Shown here in pieces: positions 37,654 through 47,980 of a DNA stretch of 64,000 nt. The DNA lies in NCBI GenBank assembly GCA_945947575.1, contig CAMEYM010000019.1:578-64577 (forward strand). Reading direction: 5' to 3'. Every line of letters begins with the position of its first letter. Within the stretch, counting starts at the first letter, position 1. This DNA is from Rhizobium sp. Q54. Lineage in GTDB: Bacteria; Pseudomonadota; Alphaproteobacteria; UBA2966; CAIVPW01. The position numbers were made by a program, and so were the translations under genes. The notes under the pieces were generated by a model. That model made no database searches and was not told the origin of the DNA. It worked only from the letters and a program-made list of their open reading frames with translations.

Positions 37654-37730
37654 TGGTCGGGGAGAGAGGATTCGAACCTCCGGCCCCCACGTCCCGAACG
37701 TGGTGCTCTACCAGGCTGAGCTACTCCCCG
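37654..37730 (-). tRNA. tRNA-Pro(CGG)
   Basis: CGGGGAGTAGCTCAGCCTGGTAGAGC...CCACG-TTCGGGA-CGTGG...GGTTCGAATCC...CCCCGACCA. Confidence 0.97.
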
Positions 37731-38001
37731 AAAGCAGCGGCTATATAGCGTCAACGCCTCGGCGGCCGCAACCCGCGTGGTCAACGCAGCCGCCCAGTGC
37801 GCCTGCCACCCTGAAAGTCGATCCCCAAACGGGTATACGGCGGATACCCGCTTGGAGCGGTCAAGCTCCAGAGTGGTATCCCCCTTTCGATCATTGGTCC
37901 GACGGTCACGCCTCGTCCCGGCGCGTCTGCCCCAAGGTTGGCTCGACCTGCCGGCACCCGTTCGCACTGGCAGATCGATCGATCCATAGGAGTACAAAAT
38001 A

Positions 38002-38721
38002 ATGAAGCTCTTGAGCCAATCCCTGGTCGCAGCAGCCCTCGTCGTGAGCGCATCTGCCGCCCACGCCACAACCCTGGGCGTCGTCGAATTCCAGGCGTTC
38101 GTCCACACAACGCCGGCGTTCCGCGCGGACCTTGGCGGCATTACTCCGGTGCTACCGGACGCATTCGTCCTCTTCAACGATTACAACGGGGCACTGGCGC
38201 TTCCGGGTGGCCTTCCGGCCAACTACGACATCATCATCCCTGCCACATTCCGTGGCGACGGCAACGCGGCGACGGCGGACCTGTTCGACGACCGCTTCCT
38301 GTTCAAGATCGATCCAGTCTCCACCGGTGGCCAATCGGCGACCGCCGACAACTACCTCAACCTCATCATTGGTCCCAATACCGGCTTCGACAACGCCGTG
38401 TTCGCGATCTTCGAGAACACCGGCGATGGCGACCTGTTCGGTCCGGCACTCGGATCGCGCACCGGCGGTGGCCAGCTGGTGGTCGGCGGGCTCGATACGA
38501 ACCTCGACTACGTCCTGCGCGTAACGGGCAACCTCCGCGCCGACGATCCCAACACCCTCGGCAATGAGGCGACCAACGCGGGTGCGTACGCGATCGTGCT
38601 GGCTCTGTCGCCGGTGCCGATTCCGCCCGCGCTGCTCCTGCTCATGACGGCCGTGGGCGCCATGTTCGGCTTCGGCAAGCTGAAGCGCCGGTCCGTTTCG
38701 GGAGGGCACGCAACCGCGTAA
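38002..38721 (+). CDS. PEP-CTERM-like (VPLPA-type) exosortase-sorted surface protein
   Basis: Signal peptide ending AHA; C-terminal VPIPPA, TM helix and KLKRR. Confidence 0.88.
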   Translation: MKLLSQSLVAAALVVSASAAHATTLGVVEFQAFVHTTPAFRADLGGITPVLPDAFVLFNDYNGALALPGGLPANYDIIIPATFRGDGNAATADLFDDRFLFKIDPVSTGGQSATADNYLNLIIGPNTGFDNAVFAIFENTGDGDLFGPALGSRTGGGQLVVGGLDTNLDYVLRVTGNLRADDPNTLGNEATNAGAYAIVLALSPVPIPPALLLLMTAVGAMFGFGKLKRRSVSGGHATA

Positions 38722-38756
38722 CCGCTCGATGGCCGATGCTACCTGAGTGTCAAACT

Positions 38757-38787
38757 GAGGCGGCCTTCGGGCCGCCTCTCTTTGTTT
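38757..38787 (+). terminator. Intrinsic terminator
   Basis: GAGGCGGCC-TTCG-GGCCGCCTC followed by TCTTTGTTT. Confidence 0.82.
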
Positions 38788-38819
38788 GCAGGGGCCGCTG
38801 CCCCGTAGCGTGCCGCCGC

Positions 38820-39839
38820 CTAGTGACCGCGCTCGATGCAGAAGTCGATGACCGCGAGCATCGCGTCCTTGACCTTGCTGTCCGGGAAGATCAGCAGCGC
38901 GTCGCGCGCGATGGCGCCGTAGTGGCGCGCCCGGTCGAGGGTCTCGGCCAGGGCGCCGTGACGCTGCAGCAGCGCCAGGGCGTGGTCGAGGTCGGCCGGG
39001 TCCTGCTTGCCTTCGCCAAGGGTGCGGTGCCAGAAGGCGCGATCGGTGTCGTTGCCGCGCCGGTAGGCGAGCACCACCGGCAGGGTGATCTTGCCCTCGC
39101 GGAAGTCGTCGCCGATCGTCTTGCCGAGGGTCTGCTCGCGTGCCGAGTAGTCGAGCACGTCGTCGACCAGCTGGAAGGCGATGCCGAGATTGCGGCCGTA
39201 GCTGGTCAGCGCCTCTTCTTCCTCGCGCGGGCGGTTGCACATGACGGCGCCGACCCGGCAGGCTGCGGCGAATAGCGGTGCGGTCTTCGCCATGATGACG
39301 TCGAGGTAGGCGTCCTCGGTGGTGCTGGTGTCGTTGGTCGTCATCAGCTGCAGGACTTCGCCTTCGGCGATGCGCGCTGCGGCTTCCGACAGGATGCCCA
39401 GCATCTTCAGCGAGCCCGCCTCGACCATCAGTTGGAAGGCGCGGCTGAACAGGAAGTCGCCGACCAGCACGCTCGACTGGTTGCCCCACACCGCGTTGGC
39501 GGTCGGCGAGCCGCGCCGCAGCGAGCTCTCGTCGACGACGTCGTCGTGGAGGAGGGTGGCCGTATGGATGAACTCGACGCAGGCGGCGAGCAGCACGTGC
39601 TGGCGGCCCTCGTAGCCGCACAGGCGCGCGCTCGCCAGGGTCAGCATGGGGCGGAGACGCTTGCCGCCCGAGGCGATCAAGTGGCCCGCGAGCTCGGGAA
39701 TGCGCGCGACGTTCGACTCCATGCGGCCGAGGATCACTTCGTTCACGGCCGTCAGGTCGGACGCGACGAGGTCCAGGATCGGCTGCAGCCCGCTTCGCGC
39801 AGCCCGCTCCCGCTTGGTATCGAGCGGCACAACAACCAC
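38820..39839 (-). CDS. ispB: Long-chain polyprenyl diphosphate synthase
   Basis: GGKRLRP, LHDDVVDES, KTA and FQLVDDVLDY motifs. Confidence 0.93.
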   Translation of the reverse strand: MVVVPLDTKRERAARSGLQPILDLVASDLTAVNEVILGRMESNVARIPELAGHLIASGGKRLRPMLTLASARLCGYEGRQHVLLAACVEFIHTATLLHDDVVDESSLRRGSPTANAVWGNQSSVLVGDFLFSRAFQLMVEAGSLKMLGILSEAAARIAEGEVLQLMTTNDTSTTEDAYLDVIMAKTAPLFAAACRVGAVMCNRPREEEEALTSYGRNLGIAFQLVDDVLDYSAREQTLGKTIGDDFREGKITLPVVLAYRRGNDTDRAFWHRTLGEGKQDPADLDHALALLQRHGALAETLDRARHYGAIARDALLIFPDSKVKDAMLAVIDFCIERGH

Positions 39840-40012
39840 GACTGATTCCTTGATTAGGGGTGCGCGTTCCGCGCGGGTCCGTAGGAGCGCCGCTTGCCCG
39901 CGGCGGTGACAGAACGTCCTGCGCGCTACCCGCCCGCGCTTCGTTGCGCGCTACCCGCGCGACGGGGCGCAGCATAGGATTGGCCCATGACGACGGTCAA
40001 TCTGGGCGCCGC

Positions 40013-40237
40013 GTGAAGGAACTCTTGCGCACCAACGACGTGGTCCTGCTGTCGTTTGCCGAGGCCCTGCTCAAGGACGCCGGTATCGCCGCCATCGTGT
40101 TCGACCGCCACACCTCCGTCTTGGAGGGCAGCATTGGCGCGCTGCCGCGCCGGTTGATGGTGGACGACGGCGATGTCGATCGGGCCCGGCAGGTGCTCGG
40201 CGAGGCGGACATCGCGTTGTCCGAGCCGCGTCCGTGA
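40013..40237 (+). CDS. DUF2007 small protein
   Basis: ELLRTNDVVLLSF...SVLEGSIGALPRRLMV. Confidence 0.88.
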   Translation: MKELLRTNDVVLLSFAEALLKDAGIAAIVFDRHTSVLEGSIGALPRRLMVDDGDVDRARQVLGEADIALSEPRP

Positions 40238-40292
40238 CGCCGGTCGCATCCATGTCGATGCGACCATTGCCGCAACGGGCAAAGGGCCGGGT

Positions 40293-41039
40293 GTGACAAG
40301 CCCGGAGACCACCTCCGATACCTTGCTCGGCGGCCGGGTACGCCTCGAGCAGCCGGCGCGCGGCTATCGGGTCGCCATCGACCCCGTCCTGCTGGCGGCG
40401 GCCCTGCCGGCCCGCGCGGGCGAGCGTGTCTTGGAGTTCGGCGCCGGAGTCGGTGCCGCGACGCTGTGCGCCGCCACCCGCCTTGCCGAGTGCTCCTTCC
40501 TCGGCATCGAGCTCGACGGCGACCTGGTGGCGATCGCCAGCGCCAACGTCGCTGCCAACCGGCTGGAGGCGCGGGTGACCATGCTCGCCGGCGATGTGGC
40601 CGCGCCGCCGCCCGCGGTGACCGGCGCGCCGTTCGACCACGTCATCGCCAACCCGCCGTTCGCCGAAGGGGGGCGCGGCTCGGCTTCGCCGGTCGCGGCC
40701 AAGCAGCGCGCCAACGTCGAGGGCGCCGCCGACCTCGCCGCATGGGTGGCCGCGGCCTTTCGCGCCCTGCGCGGCGGTGGCAGCGCGACCTTCGTGCATC
40801 GCGCCGATCGTGCCGCCGAGCTGGTCGCGCGGTTTGCCGCGGCGGGTGCCGGCGCCATCATCCTGTTTCCCCTGTGGCCCAAGGCAGGCAGCGATGCCAA
40901 GCGGGTCCTCGTGCAGGGGCGCAAAGGTGCCAAGGCGCCGCTCCGCGTGGCCGCTGGGCTTGTTCTGCACGAGGCGGACGGCGGCTACAGCGCCGCGGCC
41001 CAGGCTGTGCTGAGGTCCGGCGCCGCCCTGTCTCTGTAG
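40293..41039 (+). CDS. tRNA1(Val) A37 N6-methyltransferase-like protein
   Basis: QPARGYRVAIDPVLLAA, EFGAGVG and ANPPF motifs; start approximate. Confidence 0.87.
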   Translation: MTSPETTSDTLLGGRVRLEQPARGYRVAIDPVLLAAALPARAGERVLEFGAGVGAATLCAATRLAECSFLGIELDGDLVAIASANVAANRLEARVTMLAGDVAAPPPAVTGAPFDHVIANPPFAEGGRGSASPVAAKQRANVEGAADLAAWVAAAFRALRGGGSATFVHRADRAAELVARFAAAGAGAIILFPLWPKAGSDAKRVLVQGRKGAKAPLRVAAGLVLHEADGGYSAAAQAVLRSGAALSL

Positions 41040-41297
41040 GCGCCGAGCGGCGCTCTTCGCGCGTTTGCATACGCCGCCGCCCTCCAAATGGGCGCCGACA
41101 TGGTGACGACGAAGCCGCGCTACGCTGGCGAGGTGGAGAAGGCCGATCTGGCCCTCCTCGGCGTCCCCGTCGGAATAGCCGAGCTGTCGTCATAGCCCGT
41201 TCCGCCAGACGGGCGGCCGCTGGCGGCCCATCCCACCCCAACCCGCACGGCGCGGCCGTTTGTTGCGGGCCCAAGGGGTGGGCCCTATGCTCCGCCC

Positions 41298-42185
41298 ATG
41301 AGCGGATTGCTTGCGAGACTGTCCGCGCTGGTCCCTTTCCTTGGCCGGCGCGAACGCCACCCGTTGGTTGCCGTGGTGCGCCTGCATGGCGCCATCGGGT
41401 CGGTCGGCGTCGGCCGCAGCGGCCTCAGCCTGACCGGGTCGGCGCGCGACCTCGAGGCGGCGTTCACCCTGCGCGGCGTCAAAGCCGTCGCGCTGTCGAT
41501 CAACTCGCCCGGCGGCTCGCCGGTGCAATCGAACCTGATCTATCGCCGCATTCGCAGCCTCGCCGAGGAGCACGAGGTGCCGGTCTTCGCGTTCTGCGAG
41601 GACGCGGCCGCCTCCGGCGGATACTGGCTGGCGTGCGCGGGCGACGAGATTTACGCCGACCCCAACTCGATCGTCGGCTCGATCGGCGTGGTGTCGGGCG
41701 GCTTCGGGTTTCCGGCAATGCTCGCCAAGCTCGGCATCGAGCGCCGCTTGTACGTGCAGGGCGAGAACAAGGGCATGCTCGACGCGTTCAGCCCCGAGCG
41801 GCAGTCCGACGTCGAGCACCTGCACGGCATCCAGAAGGTCGTGCACGACAGCTTCAAGGCGCTGGTGCGCGAGCGGCGCGGCGAGCGGCTGAAAGAAGAA
41901 GAGTCGAAGCTCTTCACCGGCGCGTTCTGGACCGGCACCCAGGCGCTAGCCTTCGGGCTCGTCGATGGATTGGGCGATTTGCGCGGCGTGCTCCGCGCAC
42001 GCTATGGCGACAAAGTGCGCCTCAAGGTGGTGGGCCGCTCTCCCAACCGCTTGCGCCTCTTGCTGGGACGCGGCACGGAGACGCCGACCGGCTCACTGAC
42101 GGCCAGATCGCTTGCAGAAGAACTGCCCGAGGCCGCGCTGCGCGCCCTCGAAGCGCGCTGGCTGTGGGCGCGGCTTGGGCTCTGA
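41298..42185 (+). CDS. S49 family peptidase (SppA-like)
   Basis: INSPGGSPVQS, AASGGYW and GSIGV motifs. Confidence 0.93.
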   Translation: MSGLLARLSALVPFLGRRERHPLVAVVRLHGAIGSVGVGRSGLSLTGSARDLEAAFTLRGVKAVALSINSPGGSPVQSNLIYRRIRSLAEEHEVPVFAFCEDAAASGGYWLACAGDEIYADPNSIVGSIGVVSGGFGFPAMLAKLGIERRLYVQGENKGMLDAFSPERQSDVEHLHGIQKVVHDSFKALVRERRGERLKEEESKLFTGAFWTGTQALAFGLVDGLGDLRGVLRARYGDKVRLKVVGRSPNRLRLLLGRGTETPTGSLTARSLAEELPEAALRALEARWLWARLGL

Positions 42186-42210
42186 AACCTTGGGCCTCTA
42201 GGGAGCATTC

Positions 42211-42450
42211 ATGTTCGGTTTCAGCCTCGGCAAGCTGGTCGTCGCGACGATCCTGATCCTGGCCGTCTGGTACGGCTTCCGGATGATGACCCGCATCGGC
42301 GAGGTGCGCGCCGACGCGCTGGCGCGCAATCCGAAACCGAAAGCCAACAAGCTCGAGGTCGAGGATCTCGTCGAGTGCAAGCGCTGCGGCGCGTTCGTCT
42401 CCGCAGGTGCCAAGGCCTGCGTGCGCGACGACTGCCCCTATCCGCGATGA
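42211..42450 (+). CDS. Small membrane-anchored protein with C-terminal Cys cluster
   Basis: N-terminal TM and CxxC...C....C; ATGA overlap with glyQ. Confidence 0.75.
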   Translation: MFGFSLGKLVVATILILAVWYGFRMMTRIGEVRADALARNPKPKANKLEVEDLVECKRCGAFVSAGAKACVRDDCPYPR

Positions 42451-43358
42451 GCGTTGCCGCTGGCCCGTCCCGCGGAGAGCGGGCTTCCAGCCCGACGCGG
42501 AGCTTCCAGGACCTGATCCTTACGCTCCAGCGCTTCTGGGCCGACCAGGGCTGCGCCATCCTGCAGCCCTATGATTCCGAGATGGGCGCCGCGACGTTCC
42601 ACACCGCGACGGTGTTGCGGGCGCTCGGCCCCGATCCGTGGCGCACTGCGTTCGTGCAGCCGTGCCGGCGTCCAACCGACGGCCGCTACGGCGAGAACCC
42701 GAACCGCTTTCAGCACTACTACCAGCTGCAAGTCGTGCTGAAGCCGAGCCCCGACAACATCCAGGACCTCTACCTGCAAAGCCTCGCCGCCATCGGCATC
42801 GACTCCGGCGTGCACGACATCCGGTTCGTCGAGGACGACTGGGAGAGCCCGACGCTGGGCGCGTGGGGCCTGGGCTGGGAGGTGTGGTGCGACGGCATGG
42901 AAGTGACGCAGTTCACCTACTTCCAGCAGGTCGGCGGCTTCGACTGCGCGCCGGTCGCCGGCGAGATCACCTACGGCATGGAACGCCTCGCCATGTTCGT
43001 GCAGGAGCAGGAAGACGGCTTCCAGCTCGACTGGAACGGCGCCGGCACCACGTACGGCGACGTGTTCAAGCGCAACGAGCGCGAATGGTCGGCCTACAAC
43101 TTCGAGGAAGCCAATGTCGAGATCCTGCGCCGCCACTTCGCCGAGTCCGAGCAGGAGTGCATGCGCCTCTTGGGCAAGAAGCTCGTGCTGCCGGCCTACG
43201 ACCAGTGCATCAAGGCGTCGCACGCCTTCAATCTTCTGGATGCGCGCGGCGTCATCTCGGTGACCGAACGCGCGGCGTACATCCTGCGCGTGCGTTCCCT
43301 CGCCAAGGCGTGCTGCGAGGCGTGGATCGCCAGCTTGCCGGCCGCCGCGACCGCTTGA
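42447..43358 (+). CDS. glyQ: Glycyl-tRNA synthetase alpha subunit
   Basis: [31 protein letters not shown] and EITYG motifs. Confidence 0.98.
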   Translation: MSVAAGPSRGERASSPTRSFQDLILTLQRFWADQGCAILQPYDSEMGAATFHTATVLRALGPDPWRTAFVQPCRRPTDGRYGENPNRFQHYYQLQVVLKPSPDNIQDLYLQSLAAIGIDSGVHDIRFVEDDWESPTLGAWGLGWEVWCDGMEVTQFTYFQQVGGFDCAPVAGEITYGMERLAMFVQEQEDGFQLDWNGAGTTYGDVFKRNEREWSAYNFEEANVEILRRHFAESEQECMRLLGKKLVLPAYDQCIKASHAFNLLDARGVISVTERAAYILRVRSLAKACCEAWIASLPAAATA

Positions 43359-43472
43359 CTACGAAGTGTATCGCAACCATATACGAATTGTGACCCAAGC
43401 AAGACCCACTCGCGGCGCCGTGATCCGCGTATTCGTTGAAAAACACTGCCGCGTATTCGGTGTCTCGCCCCA

Positions 43473-45632
43473 ATGCCTGAGCTGCTGATTGAGCTTCTGT
43501 CCGAAGAGATTCCCGCGCGCATGCAGGCGCGCGCGAGCGCGGACCTGCGCGACCTCGTCACCAAGGGTCTCGGCGAGGCCGGGCTGAAGTTCGAAGGCGC
43601 CCAGGCGTTCGCGACGCCGCGCCGTCTGGCGCTGGTCGTGCGCGGACTGCCCGAGCGCTCTCCCGACCAGACCATCGAGAAGAAGGGCCCGCGCATCGAT
43701 GCCCCGCCGGCCGCGATCGACGGCTTCCTGCGCTCGACCGGCCTCAAGCGCGAGCAACTCGAGGAGCGCGACATGGGCAAGGCGGGCAAGGTTCTGTTCG
43801 CCGTGCAGAAGGCAGCGGGACGCGCTGCCGGCGAGGTCGCGAGCGACGTGATCCTGGCCGCGATCACCGCGCTCCCCTGGCCGAAGAGCATGCGCTGGGC
43901 GTCGAACCAGTTCCGCTGGGTGCGGCCGTTGCACGGCATCGTCGCCGAGCTCGACGGCAAGCTGTTGCCATTGCGTCTGTCGCTCGGTGACAGCAACGCA
44001 TCGATCGCGGCCGGCACCACCACCGTCGGCCACCGCGTGCTCGGCAACGGCGCCCTCTCCGTGGCGGGCTTCGACGACTACGTCGCCAAATTGCGCACAG
44101 CGTACGTCGTGCTCGACGCCGAGGAGCGCAAGCGCATCATCCGCGAGCAGGGCGCGGCGCTCGCCGCCAAGGAGGGCCTGCGCGTGCGCAAGGACGACGG
44201 CCTCGTGGACGAAGTGTCCGGGCTGGTCGAGTGGCCGGTGCCGCTCATCGGCACCATCGACGGCGCCTTCATGGATCTGCCGCCCGAAGTGCTCACTACC
44301 ACGATGCGCACCCACCAGCGCTACTTCGCGCTGGAGAAGGACGGCAGATTGGCGCCGCGCTTCCTGGTGATCGCCAACACCGTCGCGCGCGACGGCGGCG
44401 CCGCCATTGTCAAAGGCAACGAGCGCGTCCTGCGCGCCCGCCTCTCCGACGCCAAGTTCTTCTGGGACCAGGACCGCAAGGTGCGCCTCGAGTCGCGCCT
44501 GCCCGGACTCAAGGAAATCACCTTCCAGGCGAAGCTCGGCACGCTGGCTCAGCGCGTCATGCGACTCGAGGACCTCGCCGCCGCAATCTCCAACGATGCG
44601 CGCCTTGACGCAGACGTGGCCGCCGTTCGTTCCGCGGCGCATTTGGCCAAAGCTGACCTGAGGTCGGGCGTGGTTGGCGAGTTTCCGGAGTTGCAGGGGA
44701 TCATGGGGCGCTACTACGCTCTCCACGACGGCGAGCCGCGCGCGGTCGCCGACGCCATCGCAGAACATTACGCACCCAAAGGGCCGGACGATCGCTGTCC
44801 TTCGGCGCCGGTATCCGTTGCTGTCGCGCTCGCCGAGAAGATCGATGCTCTCGTTGGGTTTTGGGCAATCGATGAGAAACCGACCGGGTCGAAGGATCCG
44901 TTCGCACTGCGCCGAGCGGCACTCGGTGTCATTCGGTTGATCGTCGAGAATAGGCTGCGACTGTCGCTGACTCAGGTTTTCGCGGTCGCCTACGAAGCCT
45001 ACGAGCGTCAACAGCATCCTGCGATTCAGGCCGCTCATCGCGCTGCAACGACCGGCAAAGAAACCATCGAAGACACAGCGCGGGCCGTTGTTCGGTTCCG
45101 CTACAGCGCCGACCTGCTCGCCTTCTTCGCCGATCGCCTCAAGGTCCACTTGAAGGAACGCGGCGTCCGTCACGACCTGGTTGCGGCGGTGTTCGCGCTC
45201 ACCGCGGAAGACGACCTCGTGCGCCTGCTTGCACGCGTCGAGGCGCTGCAGAAGTTCCTCGCCAGCGAAGATGGCGCCGACCTCCTGGTCGCCTATCGTC
45301 GCGCCGCCAACATCGTGCGCATCGAAGAGAAGAAAGACTCCGCCTCCCATCAAGGCGACGTCGACGCCAAGGCACTGCAGCAGGACGAGGAGCGCGTGCT
45401 GGCGCAGGCGCTCGCCGACACACGCAAGGCCGTGACCGCGGCGCTCGCCAAGGAAGACTTCGCCGGTGCCATGCTTGCCCTCGCGCGCCTGCGCACGCCG
45501 GTGGACGCGTTCTTCGACAACGTCACCGTCAACGCAGACGACGCGGCGCTGCGTGCCAACCGGTTGCGCCTGCTGGCGCAAATCACCGGCACGCTCGAGC
45601 AGGTTGCCGATTTCTCCAAGATTGAAGGCTGA
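43473..45632 (+). CDS. glyS: Glycyl-tRNA synthetase beta subunit
   Basis: [33 protein letters not shown] and NRLRLL motifs. Confidence 0.97.
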   Translation: MPELLIELLSEEIPARMQARASADLRDLVTKGLGEAGLKFEGAQAFATPRRLALVVRGLPERSPDQTIEKKGPRIDAPPAAIDGFLRSTGLKREQLEERDMGKAGKVLFAVQKAAGRAAGEVASDVILAAITALPWPKSMRWASNQFRWVRPLHGIVAELDGKLLPLRLSLGDSNASIAAGTTTVGHRVLGNGALSVAGFDDYVAKLRTAYVVLDAEERKRIIREQGAALAAKEGLRVRKDDGLVDEVSGLVEWPVPLIGTIDGAFMDLPPEVLTTTMRTHQRYFALEKDGRLAPRFLVIANTVARDGGAAIVKGNERVLRARLSDAKFFWDQDRKVRLESRLPGLKEITFQAKLGTLAQRVMRLEDLAAAISNDARLDADVAAVRSAAHLAKADLRSGVVGEFPELQGIMGRYYALHDGEPRAVADAIAEHYAPKGPDDRCPSAPVSVAVALAEKIDALVGFWAIDEKPTGSKDPFALRRAALGVIRLIVENRLRLSLTQVFAVAYEAYERQQHPAIQAAHRAATTGKETIEDTARAVVRFRYSADLLAFFADRLKVHLKERGVRHDLVAAVFALTAEDDLVRLLARVEALQKFLASEDGADLLVAYRRAANIVRIEEKKDSASHQGDVDAKALQQDEERVLAQALADTRKAVTAALAKEDFAGAMLALARLRTPVDAFFDNVTVNADDAALRANRLRLLAQITGTLEQVADFSKIEG

Positions 45633-45649
45633 TCGCCCCTGAGGCGCCG

Positions 45650-47086
45650 ATGACACGGGTCTGGCGCTTCGGCATGGGCGAACCGTTGGCACCGCCGGAG
45701 CCTGCGGCGCGCATTCTGGGCGGCAAGGGCGCGGGGCTTCTGACCATGAGCCGGCTCGGCCTGCCGGTGCCGCCCGGCTTCGTCATCGCCACCGAGGTCT
45801 GCGACGCCTACTACACACTGCACCGGTCCTTTCCGGATGGCCTGAAGGACGAAGTGGCCGGCGCCCTCGCGGCGCTCGAGCGCGCCACCGGGCATTCGTT
45901 CGGGGACGCGGCCAACCCGCTGCTGGTGTCGGTCCGCTCCGGCGCCCCGGCGTCGATGCCGGGGATGATGGACACCATCCTCAGCGTTGGGCTGTCCAAG
46001 GGGGCCGTCGCGGGTCTGACCGCGCGCATCGGCAACCTTGCCGGCGACTCGTACCTGCGCCTGCGCGAAACCTTCGTCGATATGGACCTGTTCCTGCCGC
46101 AGGATGCCGATGAGCAATTGTGGACGGCAATCCAGGCGGTGCTCGACTCCTGGCAGAGCCGCCGCGCCGTGACCTATCGCGACATGCACGGGCTCGCCGA
46201 CAAGCCCGGCACCGCGGTCACCATCCAGGCGATGGTGTTCGGCAATGCCGGCGGCGACTCCGCCACCGGAGTCGCGTTCACCCGCGATCCTGGCACCGGC
46301 GCGCCCGCACCGTTCGGCGAGGTCCTGCGCAACGCCCAGGGCGAAGAGGTAGTCGGCGGCACCGCGACGCCGGAGCCGCTCGACACGCTGCGCGCCTCGA
46401 TGCCGTCGATTCACGTCGAGCTGTCGGGGCACTTCCGCACGCTCGAGACGCATTTCGCGGCGATGCAGGAGATCGAGTTCACCATCGAGCGCGGCAAGCT
46501 GTGGCTGCTGCAGACCCGCACCGGCGTCATGAGTGCCGAGGCAAGCGCACGTGTCGCCGTCGATATGGTGCGCGAGGGCCTGATCGATCGCCGCCGCGCC
46601 CTGGAACGCGTCGACCTCGCCGCGTTGCGCCGCCCGCCGGTGGCGACCGTCGTCGCGGGCGCGCCGCTGGTCAGGGGACTGCCGGCGTCTCCCGGCGCCG
46701 TCTCCGGCAAGGTCGTGTTCAGCAGTGCCGAGGCCGAGGCGGCGCGCGAGGCGAGCATTTTGGTGTTGCCCGAGACGCGACCGCAGGACGTGCCCGGCAT
46801 CCGCGCTGCGGCTGGCGTGCTCACGAGCCGCGGTGGCGCCACCAGCCACGCGGCGGTCATCGCGCGCGGAATCGGCAAGCCCTGCGTGGTCGGCGCCGGC
46901 GCCATGGTGGTCGATGGCGACGCCGGCCGGCTGACGGTCGGTGCCCGCGAGGTCCGTCGCGGCGCCCTGCTAACCATCGACGGCGGCACCGGCTGCGTGT
47001 TCGAGGGGGTGCAGGCGCTGCACGTGCCTGCCCCCAGCGACGCGGTGCAGACCCTCCTCGGCTGGGCGGCCGAAGCCGGGGCATGA
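45650..47086 (+). CDS. ppdK: Pyruvate phosphate dikinase-like protein lacking the C-terminal PEP/pyruvate-binding barrel
   Basis: LGGKG, LVSVRSGA..SMPGMMDT, NAQGEEVV, EIEFTIE and GGATSHAAVIARG; only 478 aa; usual glyS-ppdK position. Confidence 0.85.
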   Translation: MTRVWRFGMGEPLAPPEPAARILGGKGAGLLTMSRLGLPVPPGFVIATEVCDAYYTLHRSFPDGLKDEVAGALAALERATGHSFGDAANPLLVSVRSGAPASMPGMMDTILSVGLSKGAVAGLTARIGNLAGDSYLRLRETFVDMDLFLPQDADEQLWTAIQAVLDSWQSRRAVTYRDMHGLADKPGTAVTIQAMVFGNAGGDSATGVAFTRDPGTGAPAPFGEVLRNAQGEEVVGGTATPEPLDTLRASMPSIHVELSGHFRTLETHFAAMQEIEFTIERGKLWLLQTRTGVMSAEASARVAVDMVREGLIDRRRALERVDLAALRRPPVATVVAGAPLVRGLPASPGAVSGKVVFSSAEAEAAREASILVLPETRPQDVPGIRAAAGVLTSRGGATSHAAVIARGIGKPCVVGAGAMVVDGDAGRLTVGAREVRRGALLTIDGGTGCVFEGVQALHVPAPSDAVQTLLGWAAEAGA

Positions 47087-47883
47087 CCTGGATTGGCGAT
47101 ATCTGGTGGGATATCCTCGGTTTGGAGCCCACATCTGGTACCGAGTCCGTGTCCACGTCCCAACCGCGTACCCTTCGCATCGGCGACGCCGACGTCCCCT
47201 ACGCGCTGATCCGCACCAAGCAACGCCGCCGCACCATCGCGTTCGCCATCGAAGGCCGCGAGGGTCTGGTCGTGCGCGCGCCGATGAAGGCGAGCTTCAA
47301 GTCGATCGAAGAGGTCGCGCAGAAGTTCAGCCGCTGGATCACACGCCGCCTCGCCGAGCTGCGCGACGTCGCGCCGCCGCGGCCGATGATCGGCGGCGGC
47401 ACCGTGCCGGTACTCGGACAAGAAGTGCGCCTGCGCGTGCTGACCGGATCGGGCCGCCGCGCCCGCTGCACCCGCGTCGACGACGCCCTCGAGATTCGCG
47501 TGCCGGAGCATGTGCCGAGCGACGACTACGCCACCGCCATCCTCGACGCGGTGCTCGCCTGGTACCGCGAGTTCGCGGCCGCAGAGTTCGTGCGCCGCGC
47601 CGACTTCTGGGCGGCGCACCTCGGCGTGACGTATCTCGCGCTGCACGTCAGCAATCCCACCGCGCGCTGGGGCAGTTGCAGCGCCGACAACGACATCCGC
47701 ATCAACTGGCGCCTGGCCATGGCGCCACCCGCGCTGCTCGACTACGTCATCGCCCACGAGCTGTGCCACGTCGTGCACAAGAACCACTCGCGCCGCTTCT
47801 GGGCCAAGCTCGCCAAGGTGATGCCCGACTGGCGGGAGCGGCGCGAGGAACTGCGCCGGATCGGTCCTGGCCTATCGCTCTAG
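47083..47883 (+). CDS. YgjP/DUF45 zinc metalloprotease-like protein
   Basis: RWGSCS, INWRL and YVIAHELCH..HKNHS..FW; ATGA overlap with the upstream gene. Confidence 0.9.
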   Translation: MTWIGDIWWDILGLEPTSGTESVSTSQPRTLRIGDADVPYALIRTKQRRRTIAFAIEGREGLVVRAPMKASFKSIEEVAQKFSRWITRRLAELRDVAPPRPMIGGGTVPVLGQEVRLRVLTGSGRRARCTRVDDALEIRVPEHVPSDDYATAILDAVLAWYREFAAAEFVRRADFWAAHLGVTYLALHVSNPTARWGSCSADNDIRINWRLAMAPPALLDYVIAHELCHVVHKNHSRRFWAKLAKVMPDWRERREELRRIGPGLSL

Positions 47884-47980
47884 GACCGTAAGTGGCTGAA
47901 TCGCAAGGGTCCGCCGCCTGGAATGGCCGGGTAGGCGGGCGTATTGTGTGGAGGGGCGAGGCGCCTCGGGGAGAACCGAC

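Noticed and set aside
35743..37654. Integrated island at the tRNA-Pro 3' end
   Set aside because: No integrase and no duplicated tRNA 3' end (att site) found by eye.
37938..37970. Sigma54 promoter for the PEP-CTERM-like gene
   Set aside because: Candidate GG/GC dinucleotides lack the required 10-nt spacing.
41100..41195. 31-codon ORF MVTTKPRYAGEVEK...
   Set aside because: No RBS or recognisable motif; cannot be supported.
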